From assembly GCA_028864905.1 (NCBI GenBank), contig JAGWLP010000002.1, positions 1 to 53,573 of the forward strand: DNA of 53,573 nt, in the 5' to 3' direction. Position 1 is the stretch's first letter. Each line of letters opens with the position of its first letter. This stretch comes from Gammaproteobacteria bacterium (GTDB lineage: Bacteria; Pseudomonadota; Gammaproteobacteria; Natronospirales; REEB76). Below the pieces are notes generated by a model, which was not told the origin of the DNA, searched no databases, and worked only from the letters and a program-made list of their open reading frames with translations. Shown here one piece after another: positions 23,402 through 33,403 of this stretch. Position numbers and translations under genes: made by a program.

Positions 23402-24751
23402 TCAGGTCTCCTTGTGAGTTGTCTGTTCCAGAGGTTCGACGATCAATTTTAATCCTTCGCGGCGCACTACCTTGATGCTGTCGCCGGCGCGCAGCGGCCG
23501 GGAGCTGTGTGCGTTCCACAGTTCACCGTGCACGCGTACGCTGCCATCGCCGATTGGTGAGAAATCGCTTATCGCCGAGCCGCTGCTGTTGAGCAGTTCC
23601 TCAGCCCCACTGACCACCGGACGCCGGTGGGTTTGCAAGGTCAGCCATACGGTGCCGGCGATGATCAACGCCGCCGCCACGCTGATGCCACCGATGAGCC
23701 CACGCGAAACCTGAAACCCCGGGACATTGGTATCCATGAGTATGATGGACCCAAACACGAATGCAGCCAGTCCGCCGATACTGAGCGTGCCATACGCGTG
23801 CACGAAGGTCTCGGTCACGAATAGAATGATGCCGAGGATAATCAGCGCCAAACCGGTGAAATTCACCGGCAATACGTGGAACGCGTACAGCGCCAGCAGC
23901 AGCGCGATGGCGCCGACCACTCCTGGCAGCACGCCGCCCGGATTATAGCCCTCGAACATCAGGCCGAAGATTCCGATCAGCAGCAGCAGATAAGCCACGG
24001 TCGGATCGGTAATCACCTCGAGGAATTTGACGCGGGGTCCGCGTTCAAACTCGCGCACCACAATTCCGCTGGTATGCAGGGTCACGGTGCCGGCCGCGGT
24101 AGTCACGCTGCGACCATTCAATTTTGCCAACAGGTCCGGCAGATTGGCAGCCATGAGGTCAATCACATGTTGCTGCAGGGCTTCCTCCGCCGTGAGGCTT
24201 GCAGCATTGCGCACCGCCTGCTCGGCCCACTGCGCATTGCGGCCACGCTGCAAGGCCAGGCCACGGACATACGCCAGAGCATCATTCAGGATCTTGCGCT
24301 GTTCCGCGGTCTCAGGCTTCACCGGCGTGGACGAACTGCCACCCGCGAGCTCCACCGGCGTGGCCGCGCCCAGGTTGGTGGCCGGCGCCATGGCCGCGAT
24401 GTGGCTCGCGTAGAGAATGTAGGTGCCGGCGCTCGCCGCGCGCGAGCCGCTCGGGGCCACGTACGCCACCACGGGTACCGGCGACGCCAGGATCGCCTTG
24501 ATGATGCTGCGCATGGAGCTGTCCAGCCCGCCGGGCGTATCCATTTCCAGGATTACCAACTCGTCATTTTGGCGGCTGGCCGCTTCTAGACCGTGCACCA
24601 CGTAATCGCTCATGGCGGGGCTGATGGCGCCGTCCACATGCAATACCAGTGCGGAACTGGCTGCGTCACCGGCAGCAAGCGCCGCACTGGGACCGAGCAG
24701 CGGGGCCACCAGCGGAAGAATCAGCATGCTCGGCGTGCGCCACATGCCCAC
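23402..24751 (-). CDS. NfeD-family membrane-bound ClpP-class serine protease
   Basis: It has a signal peptide, a ClpP-like domain (MDTPGGLDSSM...APSGSRAASAGTYI), several TM segments and a C-terminal OB-fold NfeD domain. Its stop directly abuts the SPFH start, the classic NfeD-stomatin operon arrangement. Confidence 0.9.
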   Translation of the reverse strand: MGMWRTPSMLILPLVAPLLGPSAALAAGDAASSALVLHVDGAISPAMSDYVVHGLEAASRQNDELVILEMDTPGGLDSSMRSIIKAILASPVPVVAYVAPSGSRAASAGTYILYASHIAAMAPATNLGAATPVELAGGSSSTPVKPETAEQRKILNDALAYVRGLALQRGRNAQWAEQAVRNAASLTAEEALQQHVIDLMAANLPDLLAKLNGRSVTTAAGTVTLHTSGIVVREFERGPRVKFLEVITDPTVAYLLLLIGIFGLMFEGYNPGGVLPGVVGAIALLLALYAFHVLPVNFTGLALIILGIILFVTETFVHAYGTLSIGGLAAFVFGSIILMDTNVPGFQVSRGLIGGISVAAALIIAGTVWLTLQTHRRPVVSGAEELLNSSGSAISDFSPIGDGSVRVHGELWNAHSSRPLRAGDSIKVVRREGLKLIVEPLEQTTHKET

Positions 24752-24862
24752 ATGTAATCAGAGGCGCGGTCTAAAGGCAACCGGCAGCAAACTATTCCGC
24801 TCCCCGAGCCATCCGGTAACATGGCGCGCAGTGGCAATCACCATTTTTTCCGTCTCGCGACC

Positions 24863-27109
24863 ATGGCAAAAATTCCGTCAACCTGGGTAGCGGGCCTATT
24901 CCTTGGTATCGGCTTGTGCGGATCCGCGCTGGCAGCGGTGGACCCCGCACAGGTACCAACCCCGAACGCCGGGTCGCGGCCACGCATTTGCCTGGCGCTC
25001 GGTGGAGGTGGCGCACGCGGCGCGGCGCATGTAGGTGTGCTCGAAGCCCTGCAGCAGTTGCGCATTCCGGTCGATTGCATCGCAGGCACGAGCGGCGGCG
25101 CCATCGTCGGCGGTCTGTATGCGTCCGGGTTCACCGCGCAGGAGCTGCAGGCCACATTGGAACGCCCGGATCTGCAGGCCAGCATGGCCGGCAAGCAGCC
25201 GCGCAGCCTGTTGTCCTATCCCGACAAGCAGTATCAGCTCGAGTATCTGCTGCACGTGGAGTTTGGCTATGCCCGCGGCCGGTTCTTTTTTCCGGAGGGC
25301 ATCATTGCCGGCGGTGATCCGGAACGCATACTCAACGTGTTGACGCTCGCCACGCAGCCGAATACAGATTTCAGCAAACTGCCCATTCCGTTCCGCGCCG
25401 TGGCCACCGACATCGACACCGGCGCCGAGGTGGTTCTGGATCACGGCAGCCTGGCCGAGGCCATGCGTGCCAGCATGTCGGTGCCCGGTGTGTACCCGCC
25501 CGTGCAATTGGATGGGCATCTGCTCGTCGACGGCGGGCTGGTGGACAACTTGCCGGTGGACGTGGCCCGTCAGATGGGCGCGGACGTGGTGATCGCGGTC
25601 AACGTGAGCACGCCGCTCGCCAAGCCCGACAGTTTGAACAACGTCGTCGGGGTTTCCCTGCAGGTGATCATATTGATGGGCAACCAAAACGTCACGCGTT
25701 CGATCGCCAGTCTGAAAACAGGAGATGTCCTGATTCAGCCCGACTTGGGCGACATCAGCGCAGTGGACTTCAAACGTGCCGCGGACGCTATCCGCATCGG
25801 GCGCGAAGCGGCGCTCGAGGCGCTTGCGCCGCTGCACGGCCTGCAGTTGTCTCCCCAGGCCTACGCGCAGTATCAGGCGCAGCACGTCCATGTGCCGGAG
25901 GCGCTCGGCAGCGTGGATTTTATCGAGATCCGCGGCAATCATTACATACCCACCGCCATGATCCGTGCGCGCATGGTGACGCGGGCGGGTGAGCGCTGGG
26001 ACTTCCAGCGCATTAACCGTGATCTGGAGCACGTATATCGCCTGAATTATTTCACCAAGGTGACGGCCTCCATCGGTCACCAGGGCAGCCGCACCGGTCT
26101 GGTCATCAGCGTGGACGAGAAGCCGTGGCAGCCCAACTACCTGTATTTCGGTTTGCGGATCGCCGATGATTTTGAAGGCGGCAGCGAGTACGGGTTGTTG
26201 TTTGGCTGGACGCGTACCGAGCTCAACGAGTTTGGCGGCGAATGGCGCAACCAGTTCCAGATCGGCACCACGCGGCGCGTATACACCGAACTTTACCAGC
26301 CGCTGGATTACGCGGGCGATGTATTTGCTGCCCCACATGCCGAGTATCTGAATACGCTTTCCTATATATACAGCGGTGAGGACCTGGTGGCGCAATACGG
26401 CACGCGCGTGATTCGCGGCGGATTCGATTTTGGCGGTGAATTCGGCAACCTTGCGGAACTGCGGTTCGGGCCATCCTATGGCCACGTGATATCCCAACCG
26501 CACGTGGGTGCATCCACGCTGCCAAATTACCACGACACCCTGGGAGGGCTGCGGCTGCGCTTCGGTTTGGACAGCCTGCAAGGCGACACCGGATTTCCGA
26601 TGTCGGGTTCTTACCTGACGCTCAACGGATTCTGGGCACGCGACTGGCTGGGAAGCGATGTCAATTACGACAGGCTGGAATTGACCGGCGTCCAAGCCTT
26701 CGGCGATGGCACCCACAGCCTGGTGCTGACCACCGATATCGGCAGCTCCATGCATACCCAGATGCCGTTCTACGATGAATTCACCCTGGGCGGATTCCTG
26801 TCGCTCTCGGGATTGCGCAACCAGCAATTGCGTGGCCAGCAGGTGCTTTCCATGCACGTGATTTATCTGCAGCGCGTCGGCAACCTGCCGAGCGTGCTGG
26901 GCAACGGCTGGTATGTGGGCGTGAGCCTCGAAGGCGGCAACGTTTGGGACAGCACCCAGAACATCAGCGCCCACGGCCTGCAATACGGTTCCGCACTGTT
27001 CGTGGGCGCCGATACCGCACTCGGTCCGGTGTATCTGGGCACCGGCTTTTCGCAATCCGGCCACCAGACCTTTTACCTGTACATCGGCTTGCCTTTCAAC
27101 CTGAATTGA
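24863..27109 (+). CDS. PlpD-like patatin phospholipase fused to POTRA/Omp85 beta-barrel (type Vd-like)
   Basis: ATG at 24863 and a signal peptide. Patatin motifs are GGGGARGAAHVG, GTSGG and DGGLVDNLP. These are followed by a POTRA-like segment and a long beta-strand-rich C-terminal domain. Confidence 0.85.
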   Translation: MAKIPSTWVAGLFLGIGLCGSALAAVDPAQVPTPNAGSRPRICLALGGGGARGAAHVGVLEALQQLRIPVDCIAGTSGGAIVGGLYASGFTAQELQATLERPDLQASMAGKQPRSLLSYPDKQYQLEYLLHVEFGYARGRFFFPEGIIAGGDPERILNVLTLATQPNTDFSKLPIPFRAVATDIDTGAEVVLDHGSLAEAMRASMSVPGVYPPVQLDGHLLVDGGLVDNLPVDVARQMGADVVIAVNVSTPLAKPDSLNNVVGVSLQVIILMGNQNVTRSIASLKTGDVLIQPDLGDISAVDFKRAADAIRIGREAALEALAPLHGLQLSPQAYAQYQAQHVHVPEALGSVDFIEIRGNHYIPTAMIRARMVTRAGERWDFQRINRDLEHVYRLNYFTKVTASIGHQGSRTGLVISVDEKPWQPNYLYFGLRIADDFEGGSEYGLLFGWTRTELNEFGGEWRNQFQIGTTRRVYTELYQPLDYAGDVFAAPHAEYLNTLSYIYSGEDLVAQYGTRVIRGGFDFGGEFGNLAELRFGPSYGHVISQPHVGASTLPNYHDTLGGLRLRFGLDSLQGDTGFPMSGSYLTLNGFWARDWLGSDVNYDRLELTGVQAFGDGTHSLVLTTDIGSSMHTQMPFYDEFTLGGFLSLSGLRNQQLRGQQVLSMHVIYLQRVGNLPSVLGNGWYVGVSLEGGNVWDSTQNISAHGLQYGSALFVGADTALGPVYLGTGFSQSGHQTFYLYIGLPFNLN

Positions 27110-27120
27110 GGACCGTGAGC

Positions 27121-27609
27121 ATGCAGGCGCTGCGTATCTTTACCACCGGGGGAACCATAGACAAGATTTATTTCGACGCGCAAAGTGAATATGAAGTGGG
27201 CGAGCCGCAGATCGGGGAAATCCTGCGCGAAATGAACGTGCAGTTGCGCTTCGAGATCACACCGCTGATGCGCAAGGACAGCCTGGACATGAACGACGCG
27301 GATCGCGCGCGCATACGCAGTGCGGTGGCGGCTGCAACCGAGAATCGTATCGTCATCACCCACGGCACTGACACCATGACCCAGACCGCCGCGGCCTTGG
27401 CCGGCATTGCCGACAAGACCATTGTGCTGACCGGCGCGCTCAATCCTGCGCGCTTTCGCGGCAGCGATGCCATGTTCAATATCGGCGGCGCGCTCGCAGC
27501 GGCGCAGATTGCGCCGCCGGGGATTTACATCTACATGAACGGGCGGGTGTTCGATGCGCGCAGGGTCAGAAAGAACCGCGAGCGCAACCGGTTCGAAGAC
27601 AAGGCTTGA
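27121..27609 (+). CDS. short asparaginase/glutaminase-domain protein
   Basis: ATG at 27121. The N-terminal motif is IFTTGGTIDK, followed by ITHGTDTM. At 162 aa it carries only the N-terminal asparaginase domain. Confidence 0.7.
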   Translation: MQALRIFTTGGTIDKIYFDAQSEYEVGEPQIGEILREMNVQLRFEITPLMRKDSLDMNDADRARIRSAVAAATENRIVITHGTDTMTQTAAALAGIADKTIVLTGALNPARFRGSDAMFNIGGALAAAQIAPPGIYIYMNGRVFDARRVRKNRERNRFEDKA

Positions 27610-27632
27610 TGCCGGGTAATGAGGGCGCGATG

Positions 27633-29405
27633 CTAACGGTGCTTGAGGCCGTAGCGGGATACCAGCGCCTGAAATTGCGGATTGGCGTGCAATGCCGTGT
27701 AGTGATTGTCCACCGCGATGTCGTTGCAGGTGTCCGGGGCACCGCTGCAGAACTGTGAGATCTGCTCGATGGCGAGCTGCTCTTCTCCCAACACAATGTA
27801 GGCGGTGGCAACATAATAGTGAGAGAAAGCTCCGCTTTTACCGCTGCCCACTTTCCTTAGGTTCTCGAGTGCCCGATCTCGAAGCGCTGGATCCTGCAAG
27901 GCTTCATAGGCGAGCAGTGATACGTTCAGGATACGTGCATCGTCGGCACTTGCCGGATGCACGCCACGCAGTGTAGTGACCGCATCAGCATTTTTAGACT
28001 GCGTGTGGTAAAGAAAAGCGATTTCCAACGGCGCATCAATATTATCGGGTGACAACTTGTGGGCGGTTTGGAAAGCCTGTAGTGCCTGATCGTCCTGACC
28101 AAGTTCAGCGTAAGCACCGCCGAGATTCATTTGTACCGCCCAATAATCCGGATTGAGTACAGCGGCCTGCTGGTATTGGCCCAGCGCTTCGGAAAGGGGC
28201 AATATAAAACCATAGCTGCTATGAGCGGCTGCGTTGTTGGGATCCAGTGCCAGGGTTTGCAACAATTCCGCTTTTGCTTGGTCGAGTTTATGTTCGGATA
28301 TGAAAATGTTGGCAAGTACCGCGTGCGCAGCTGCTAGGTTCGGGTTGATTGCCAGCGCGCGTTGTGCGGCTCGCAGCGCTTTGCCATTGGCCTCCTGCAG
28401 CGGTACGTAGGTCACCTCCGGCATTGTGTTGTAGGCAGCTGCCAGCTGTGCGTAGGCTTCGGCAAATTGCGGATCGAGCTTGATTGCGCGCTGAAATTGC
28501 TTGATGCCTTCGCGCAGACCTGCGGCCGTGCGTAACCCGAAAGCGGCTTTACCTTTCAAATAGGCGTCGTGTGCCCCGGGGTTCTGAGTGGCGGTGGCAA
28601 CCAGTGGACTGCTGCCAGCGATTTTCAATTGCATGACACCGGCAATTGCCCTGGAAATGCTGTCCTGCATGGAAAACACATCTTTGAAGTCCTGGTCATA
28701 ACGAGACGACCATACCTGGGTGCCGCTCGTGGTGCTGGCCAGCGCGGCCGACGCCCGCAGCTGCTCACCGTCGCGCATCACGCTACCGGTGAGAATGTAA
28801 GCGACGTTGAGGCGTTTGCCGATTTCCTGTACCGATAAACTGGTATCGCGATAACCGTGCATGGTCTGCCAGGCGATGACCTGCATGCCGGGGAACTGGC
28901 TGAGATCGTCGGTAAGCTCCTGCGTCAGCCCGTCGCTCAGATACTGCATGGCTCCACTGCCGAGATTGCGGAATGGCAATACCGCGACGGTGTTCGGCGG
29001 CGGTGCAAATGTGGGCGTGGAAGCAGTCGCCTGCGCTTGAGAAGATTGAAATGCGCTTTGTGCAGTAACCTGCCAGATATATGCGCCGGAGACGCCGACA
29101 AATACAATGACGATTGCCGTCAACAGCAGACCGAGTCGCCAGCGGCGTTTCTGCCAGCGCATCAATTTCTCGGGCTCCACCGGCTTGATCAGCAGCCAGG
29201 CGAACATCAGCACCACCGGGAGACCGAGCAGCAACACCACAATCACAATGCGCACGCTGGTGCGCGGCATACCGAAGTCCGGAAACACGCCATTGGCCAG
29301 TTGGATAATGATCCAGGCGGCGACCGCGTAAATCGTCGCCACCCGGTAGATGTGGTGCCGTTTGAAGCGCGCCAGCAGACTCAGGGATTCTTCAGCCATT
29401 GCCAC
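27633..29405 (-). CDS. membrane-anchored TPR-repeat protein
   Basis: N-terminal TMs precede a central alpha/beta region (VAVLPFRNLG...AYILTGSV). At least five TPR-like repeats follow (AIKLDPQFAEAYAQLAAAY, ALAINPNLAAAHAVLANIF, TLALDPNNAAAH and others). Confidence 0.7.
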   Translation of the reverse strand: MAMAEESLSLLARFKRHHIYRVATIYAVAAWIIIQLANGVFPDFGMPRTSVRIVIVVLLLGLPVVLMFAWLLIKPVEPEKLMRWQKRRWRLGLLLTAIVIVFVGVSGAYIWQVTAQSAFQSSQAQATASTPTFAPPPNTVAVLPFRNLGSGAMQYLSDGLTQELTDDLSQFPGMQVIAWQTMHGYRDTSLSVQEIGKRLNVAYILTGSVMRDGEQLRASAALASTTSGTQVWSSRYDQDFKDVFSMQDSISRAIAGVMQLKIAGSSPLVATATQNPGAHDAYLKGKAAFGLRTAAGLREGIKQFQRAIKLDPQFAEAYAQLAAAYNTMPEVTYVPLQEANGKALRAAQRALAINPNLAAAHAVLANIFISEHKLDQAKAELLQTLALDPNNAAAHSSYGFILPLSEALGQYQQAAVLNPDYWAVQMNLGGAYAELGQDDQALQAFQTAHKLSPDNIDAPLEIAFLYHTQSKNADAVTTLRGVHPASADDARILNVSLLAYEALQDPALRDRALENLRKVGSGKSGAFSHYYVATAYIVLGEEQLAIEQISQFCSGAPDTCNDIAVDNHYTALHANPQFQALVSRYGLKHR

Positions 29406-29510
29406 ACCGTTAGGGTGAAATCCCTCCTGGATTTGGCCTCATCATACCGGCGTTATACGCCATGGCAACGACAGCTGAAGGTGCCGAGCCCGGGCGGCCC
29501 AGGGGCGTAG

Positions 29511-30347
29511 TCAGGCAAAGTGCAGGAGCAAAGCCACGGCGCCGGCCGCGAGGCAGTAAATCCCGAAGGGGCGCAGGGCCGTGACTTCAGTTTTGCCGAG
29601 GTACTTCATCAGCACCCAGGTGCTGAGCCAGGCGAAGACGCCGGCCAAGATGCCGCCCGCTACGATGGTGAGCATCAAACCTTCCGGCAGCCGCGCGCGG
29701 TGCATCACGAGTCGCGGCACTTCCAGCAGGCCGGCTGCGCTGATGACGGGCGTGGCGAGGAGAAACGAAAAACGCGCGGACGAGGCGTAATCCAGTCCTG
29801 ACCACACGCCGGCGACCAAGGTGACGCCGGAGCGTGAAATGCCGGGAATCAGGGCCAGCGCCTGTGCAATGCCGATGCCGAACGCACGCGCCCAACCCAT
29901 GGTGGTGAGTTCATGACGCGCTGCACGCCTTTTGAGTGCGTCGCCAATGAACAGGATCACGCCGTTGACCATGAGAAATACCGCGGCGACGGTGAATCCG
30001 CCAAACAGCAGGCGGATCTTGTGTTCCAGCGCCAAACCGATAAGGCCGGCGGGAATGGTGCCCACGACCAGCAGCCAGAACAGCCGGGCATTGGGATCAC
30101 TCGGTCGCCCTCGGGCCTTCCATGCTCCACCCAGCAGCGCGAACCAGTCGCGCCGGAAATATATAAAGAGTGCCGCCGCCGTTCCCAGATGCAGCACGAC
30201 TATATAAGGAAGGAACCAGGGCGCCTGCCGGTCGATGGGCCATTGCAACACTGCCGGCACGAGGATGCTGTGACCTAAGCTGCTGATCGGGAACAGCTCG
30301 GTGACGCCCTGGATGATGGCGAGGATCAGCAGGTGCAGGGTCAGCAT
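29511..30347 (-). CDS. uppP: undecaprenyl-diphosphate phosphatase UppP (BacA)
   Basis: The ATG at 30345-30347 is preceded by AAGGAG. The product begins MLTLHLLILAIIQGVTELFPISSLGH and contains PGISRSG. Confidence 0.9.
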   Translation of the reverse strand: MLTLHLLILAIIQGVTELFPISSLGHSILVPAVLQWPIDRQAPWFLPYIVVLHLGTAAALFIYFRRDWFALLGGAWKARGRPSDPNARLFWLLVVGTIPAGLIGLALEHKIRLLFGGFTVAAVFLMVNGVILFIGDALKRRAARHELTTMGWARAFGIGIAQALALIPGISRSGVTLVAGVWSGLDYASSARFSFLLATPVISAAGLLEVPRLVMHRARLPEGLMLTIVAGGILAGVFAWLSTWVLMKYLGKTEVTALRPFGIYCLAAGAVALLLHFA

Positions 30348-30369
30348 AATTGCTCCTTGGAACAACGAT

Positions 30370-30507
30370 GCCGCGCAAAGCGCGGCGTTTAACCTGCGTC
30401 GTCATTCCGGCGAAACTTGTCCTCGCGAAGGCGGGAGCCGGAATTCAGTCTTTTCAAGAACCTGGGCACCTCCCGGCGAAAGCCGGGATTTCGCCGGTGT
30501 GACGAAT
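30370..30507. repeat. cluster of REP-like palindromes in the uppP / aldehyde dehydrogenase spacer
   Basis: Hairpin GCCGCGC-aaa-GCGCGGC at 30370-30386. Inverted repeat ATTCCGGC (30404-30411) / GCCGGAAT (30437-30444). Overlapping palindromes TCCCGGC-gaaa-GCCGGGA (30471-30488) and GGCGAAA...TTTCGCC (30475-30495). Confidence 0.4.
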
Positions 30508-30511
30508 TCCC

Positions 30512-32044
30512 TCAGATCAAATCAAACTTGATGCCCTGAGCCAGCGGCAACTGGTCCGACCAGTTGACGGTGTTGGTCTGGCGGCGCATGTAGGCCTTCC
30601 AGGCGTCGGAACCGGCTTCCCGGCCGCCGCCGGTTTCCTTTTCGCCGCCGAAGGCGCCGCCGATTTCGGCACCCGAGGTGCCGATGTTAACGTTCGCGAT
30701 ACCGCAATCACTGCCCAGCTGCGAGACGAAGTACTCGGCGTTTTTGAGACTGGTAGTGAAGATGGCGGAGGCCAGGCCCTGCGGTACGTCATTGTGCAGG
30801 CGCACGGCTTCATCCAGCGTCCGGTAGCTGATCAGGTAGAGAATGGGTGCAAAGGTTTCAGATTTGACGATGGGCCAGTCGTTGCGGGCGCACACGATCG
30901 TAGGCTCCACGAAAAATCCGGCGCGCTCCAGCACCTTGCCGCCGCACAGGACCTTGCCGCCGGCTTTCTGCACTTCGGCCAGCGCGGACTGGAAGCGCTG
31001 GACCGCATCGGCGCTGCACAACGGTCCCATGAGCGTGCCGGCTGCGAGCGGATCGCCGATTTTGACTTGCGCGTAGGCATTGACGAGCCGTTTGCCAAGT
31101 TCCTCCGCGATGCTCTCGTGCACAATCAGACGGCGCGTGGTGGTGCAGCGCTGACCGGCTGTACCCACCGAGCCGAACACGATAGCGGGCACCGCAAGTT
31201 TCAGGTCGGCGGTTTTGTCCACGATGATGGCATTGTTGCCGCCCAGTTCCAGCAGCGATTTACCCAGGCGTGCGGCTACCGCCTCGCCCACTTTGCGGCC
31301 GACCGCGGTTGAGCCGGTGAAGGAAATCAGCGCGACGCGTTCATCGCGGACGAAGCGCTCCGCCAACGCATGGCCGCCGTCCACGAACATCGAAAAGATC
31401 GCGGGGTAGCCGTGCTCGGTGAGCACGCGGTTGAGTATGCGCTGCACGGCAACGGCGCACAGCGGCGTGCGTGGCGAGGGCTTCCATACCGTGATATTGC
31501 CGCATACCGCCGAAATGAACGCGTTCCACGACCATACCGCAACCGGGAAGTTAAAGGCGGAAATCACGCCCACGATTCCGAGCGGATGCCATTGTTCGTA
31601 CATGCGATGCTGTGGGCGCTCGGACTGCATGCTGCGGCCGTAAAGCATGCGCGCCTGTCCGACCGCAAAGTCGGCCACGTCAATCATTTCCTGCACTTCG
31701 CCGTCGCCTTCGGCCTTGATCTTGCCCATCTCGAGCGACACCAGGCTGCCGAGCGCGTCCTTGTGTGCACGCAACGCCATGCCGATCAGACGTACGGCCT
31801 CGCCGCGTTTCGGCGCCGGCACGTCGCGCCATTGCTGGAAGGCTGCCTGTGCATCCTTGATGACTTGCTCGTAATCGGAGGGTGTGGCGCAGCGTACTTT
31901 GGCCAGAACCTTGCCGGTGGCCGGATTGATGGATTCCAGCACTGGGGCCGCATCACTCTTGCGCCACCCGCCGGTCGGCGTCCACACGCCGGCATTGTCC
32001 GGTTCAAGGCCCAGCGCGCTCAGAATCTGGTTCACGTCCGCCAT
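30512..32044 (-). CDS. ALDH7-type aldehyde dehydrogenase (alpha-aminoadipic semialdehyde / piperideine-6-carboxylate dehydrogenase-like)
   Basis: [20 protein letters not shown] motif typical of antiquitin-type ALDH. The catalytic region is GTAGQRCTT, with ELGGNN also present. Confidence 0.85.
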   Translation of the reverse strand: MADVNQILSALGLEPDNAGVWTPTGGWRKSDAAPVLESINPATGKVLAKVRCATPSDYEQVIKDAQAAFQQWRDVPAPKRGEAVRLIGMALRAHKDALGSLVSLEMGKIKAEGDGEVQEMIDVADFAVGQARMLYGRSMQSERPQHRMYEQWHPLGIVGVISAFNFPVAVWSWNAFISAVCGNITVWKPSPRTPLCAVAVQRILNRVLTEHGYPAIFSMFVDGGHALAERFVRDERVALISFTGSTAVGRKVGEAVAARLGKSLLELGGNNAIIVDKTADLKLAVPAIVFGSVGTAGQRCTTTRRLIVHESIAEELGKRLVNAYAQVKIGDPLAAGTLMGPLCSADAVQRFQSALAEVQKAGGKVLCGGKVLERAGFFVEPTIVCARNDWPIVKSETFAPILYLISYRTLDEAVRLHNDVPQGLASAIFTTSLKNAEYFVSQLGSDCGIANVNIGTSGAEIGGAFGGEKETGGGREAGSDAWKAYMRRQTNTVNWSDQLPLAQGIKFDLI

Positions 32045-32053
32045 GGATAGTTC

Positions 32054-33211
32054 TCAGGCCACGAATTGTTTGCCAGCCGCGCCAGTGCGTACCCAGCGTG
32101 CCGACAATTCCGCGCTGTCCGCCTGCGCATAGGCCTTGCCGAAGCGGTTGGCGAGTATTTCGGCCAGCCGGAATTGTTCCTGCTTGATCAGGCCGTGGTA
32201 AGCGCCGGGGGTTTTCAATACCAGGTCCACCACCGCGCACACGCCCGAGGCCGTGGTCACCTGAATCGCGGCCCAGAGCTTGCCGGCGATTTCCTGAGGA
32301 TAAACCGCGTTCACGTAGTTTTCTTCCATGAACTTGCCGTGCTGCAGCCCGGTGACCGACACGTACACCAGCACCACGTCCTGCACGGTGCGCGGTACGG
32401 CGCGTTCCAGAATGAGCTTGAGTTCGTCGCGGTGCTCGTTCATGCGCAGATCGTTCATGAGCACGCGCATGATCTCGCAATGACCCGGATAGCGCATGGT
32501 CTTGTAGGTGAGATTGCGCACCTTGCCCGCCCAGGTTTCGGCGAGCGAGCCGAGACCGCCGGAGGTGTTGAAGGCTTCATACAGTCGGCCTTCGAGCTGG
32601 ATGGTTTCCAGGCCTTCAAGCGGCATCAAGGTCGCGGGCTGGCCGTTGGCGATGCCGTAACAGAGATTGCCGTACTCGTTGATCACGCCGTCCGAGGACC
32701 AGGTGAGCGCGTACTTGCTCATGTTGCCGGGATTCTGCGGCAGGGCGCCGACCCGCAGTTTGACGTCGTGGATCTCGTCAAAATGCCGCATGATTTCATG
32801 GGCAGCGATGCTGATGAAACCCGGCGCCAGTCCGCACTGCGGCGCGAACGCCGTGCCGGCTCCCGCGGCGGTCTTGGTCACCGCGCGCGTGACCTCCACG
32901 TCCTCGGTGAGGTCGAAATAGTGCAGCTTGAGTTTGCGCGCCAGTTCTGCAACCGGCGGATTGCAGAAGTAGGGCAGACTGGAGATCACGGCATCCGCCG
33001 GTTGTGCCTGGCAGTGCGCTTCGAGCGCCCGCGCATCGCGTGCATCCACCTGGTGAGCCTTGATTCCCGGCAGCCCGTGGGCGCTGACCACGGATTGTGC
33101 GGCGTGACCGTTTACGTCCGCGAGGTCCACTTGGTAATCGCCGGAGGCAGCCAGCAGGCCGGACAGCAGCGAACCGATTTTGCCGGCGCCCAGTACCAGA
33201 ACACGATGCAT
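32054..33211 (-). CDS. saccharopine dehydrogenase-family oxidoreductase
   Basis: Rossmann motif VLVLGAGKIGS, then YFDLTED...CGLAPGF. It lies 10 nt upstream of the ALDH7-type gene on the same strand. Confidence 0.8.
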   Translation of the reverse strand: MHRVLVLGAGKIGSLLSGLLAASGDYQVDLADVNGHAAQSVVSAHGLPGIKAHQVDARDARALEAHCQAQPADAVISSLPYFCNPPVAELARKLKLHYFDLTEDVEVTRAVTKTAAGAGTAFAPQCGLAPGFISIAAHEIMRHFDEIHDVKLRVGALPQNPGNMSKYALTWSSDGVINEYGNLCYGIANGQPATLMPLEGLETIQLEGRLYEAFNTSGGLGSLAETWAGKVRNLTYKTMRYPGHCEIMRVLMNDLRMNEHRDELKLILERAVPRTVQDVVLVYVSVTGLQHGKFMEENYVNAVYPQEIAGKLWAAIQVTTASGVCAVVDLVLKTPGAYHGLIKQEQFRLAEILANRFGKAYAQADSAELSARWVRTGAAGKQFVA

Positions 33212-33403
33212 GTAGGTAGCTCCTGTCGGTGGCCGCGCTCGCGCCCGGGGATGCGCGCATGCGCGGGTCAGCGAGACGAATTTGGAGTGCGGGCGGGAAG
33301 GAAATCGGCCGCATCCGCGGAAGCGCTATTTTAGCGTTGTGCCGCGTTCCGTGCCAGACGAGCTTTTCCAGAACTGCCTGCACGTGTAGCATGGCGCGCG
33401 CTT

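Noticed and set aside
24896-27064. 722-aa minus-strand ORF. Similar long ORFs occur at 37004..39514, 33326..34804, 34819..36147, 21412..22302, 45281..46255, 50903..51814 and 18801..19958.
   Set aside because: Each lies antisense to a gene with unmistakable family motifs (PlpD, UvrC/PgsA, DAHP synthase, Icd, DegV, CcoN, the FmdE-like gene, FumC). Their products are Arg/Ala/Gly/His-rich and low in complexity. This is typical of stop-poor antisense frames in GC-rich DNA.
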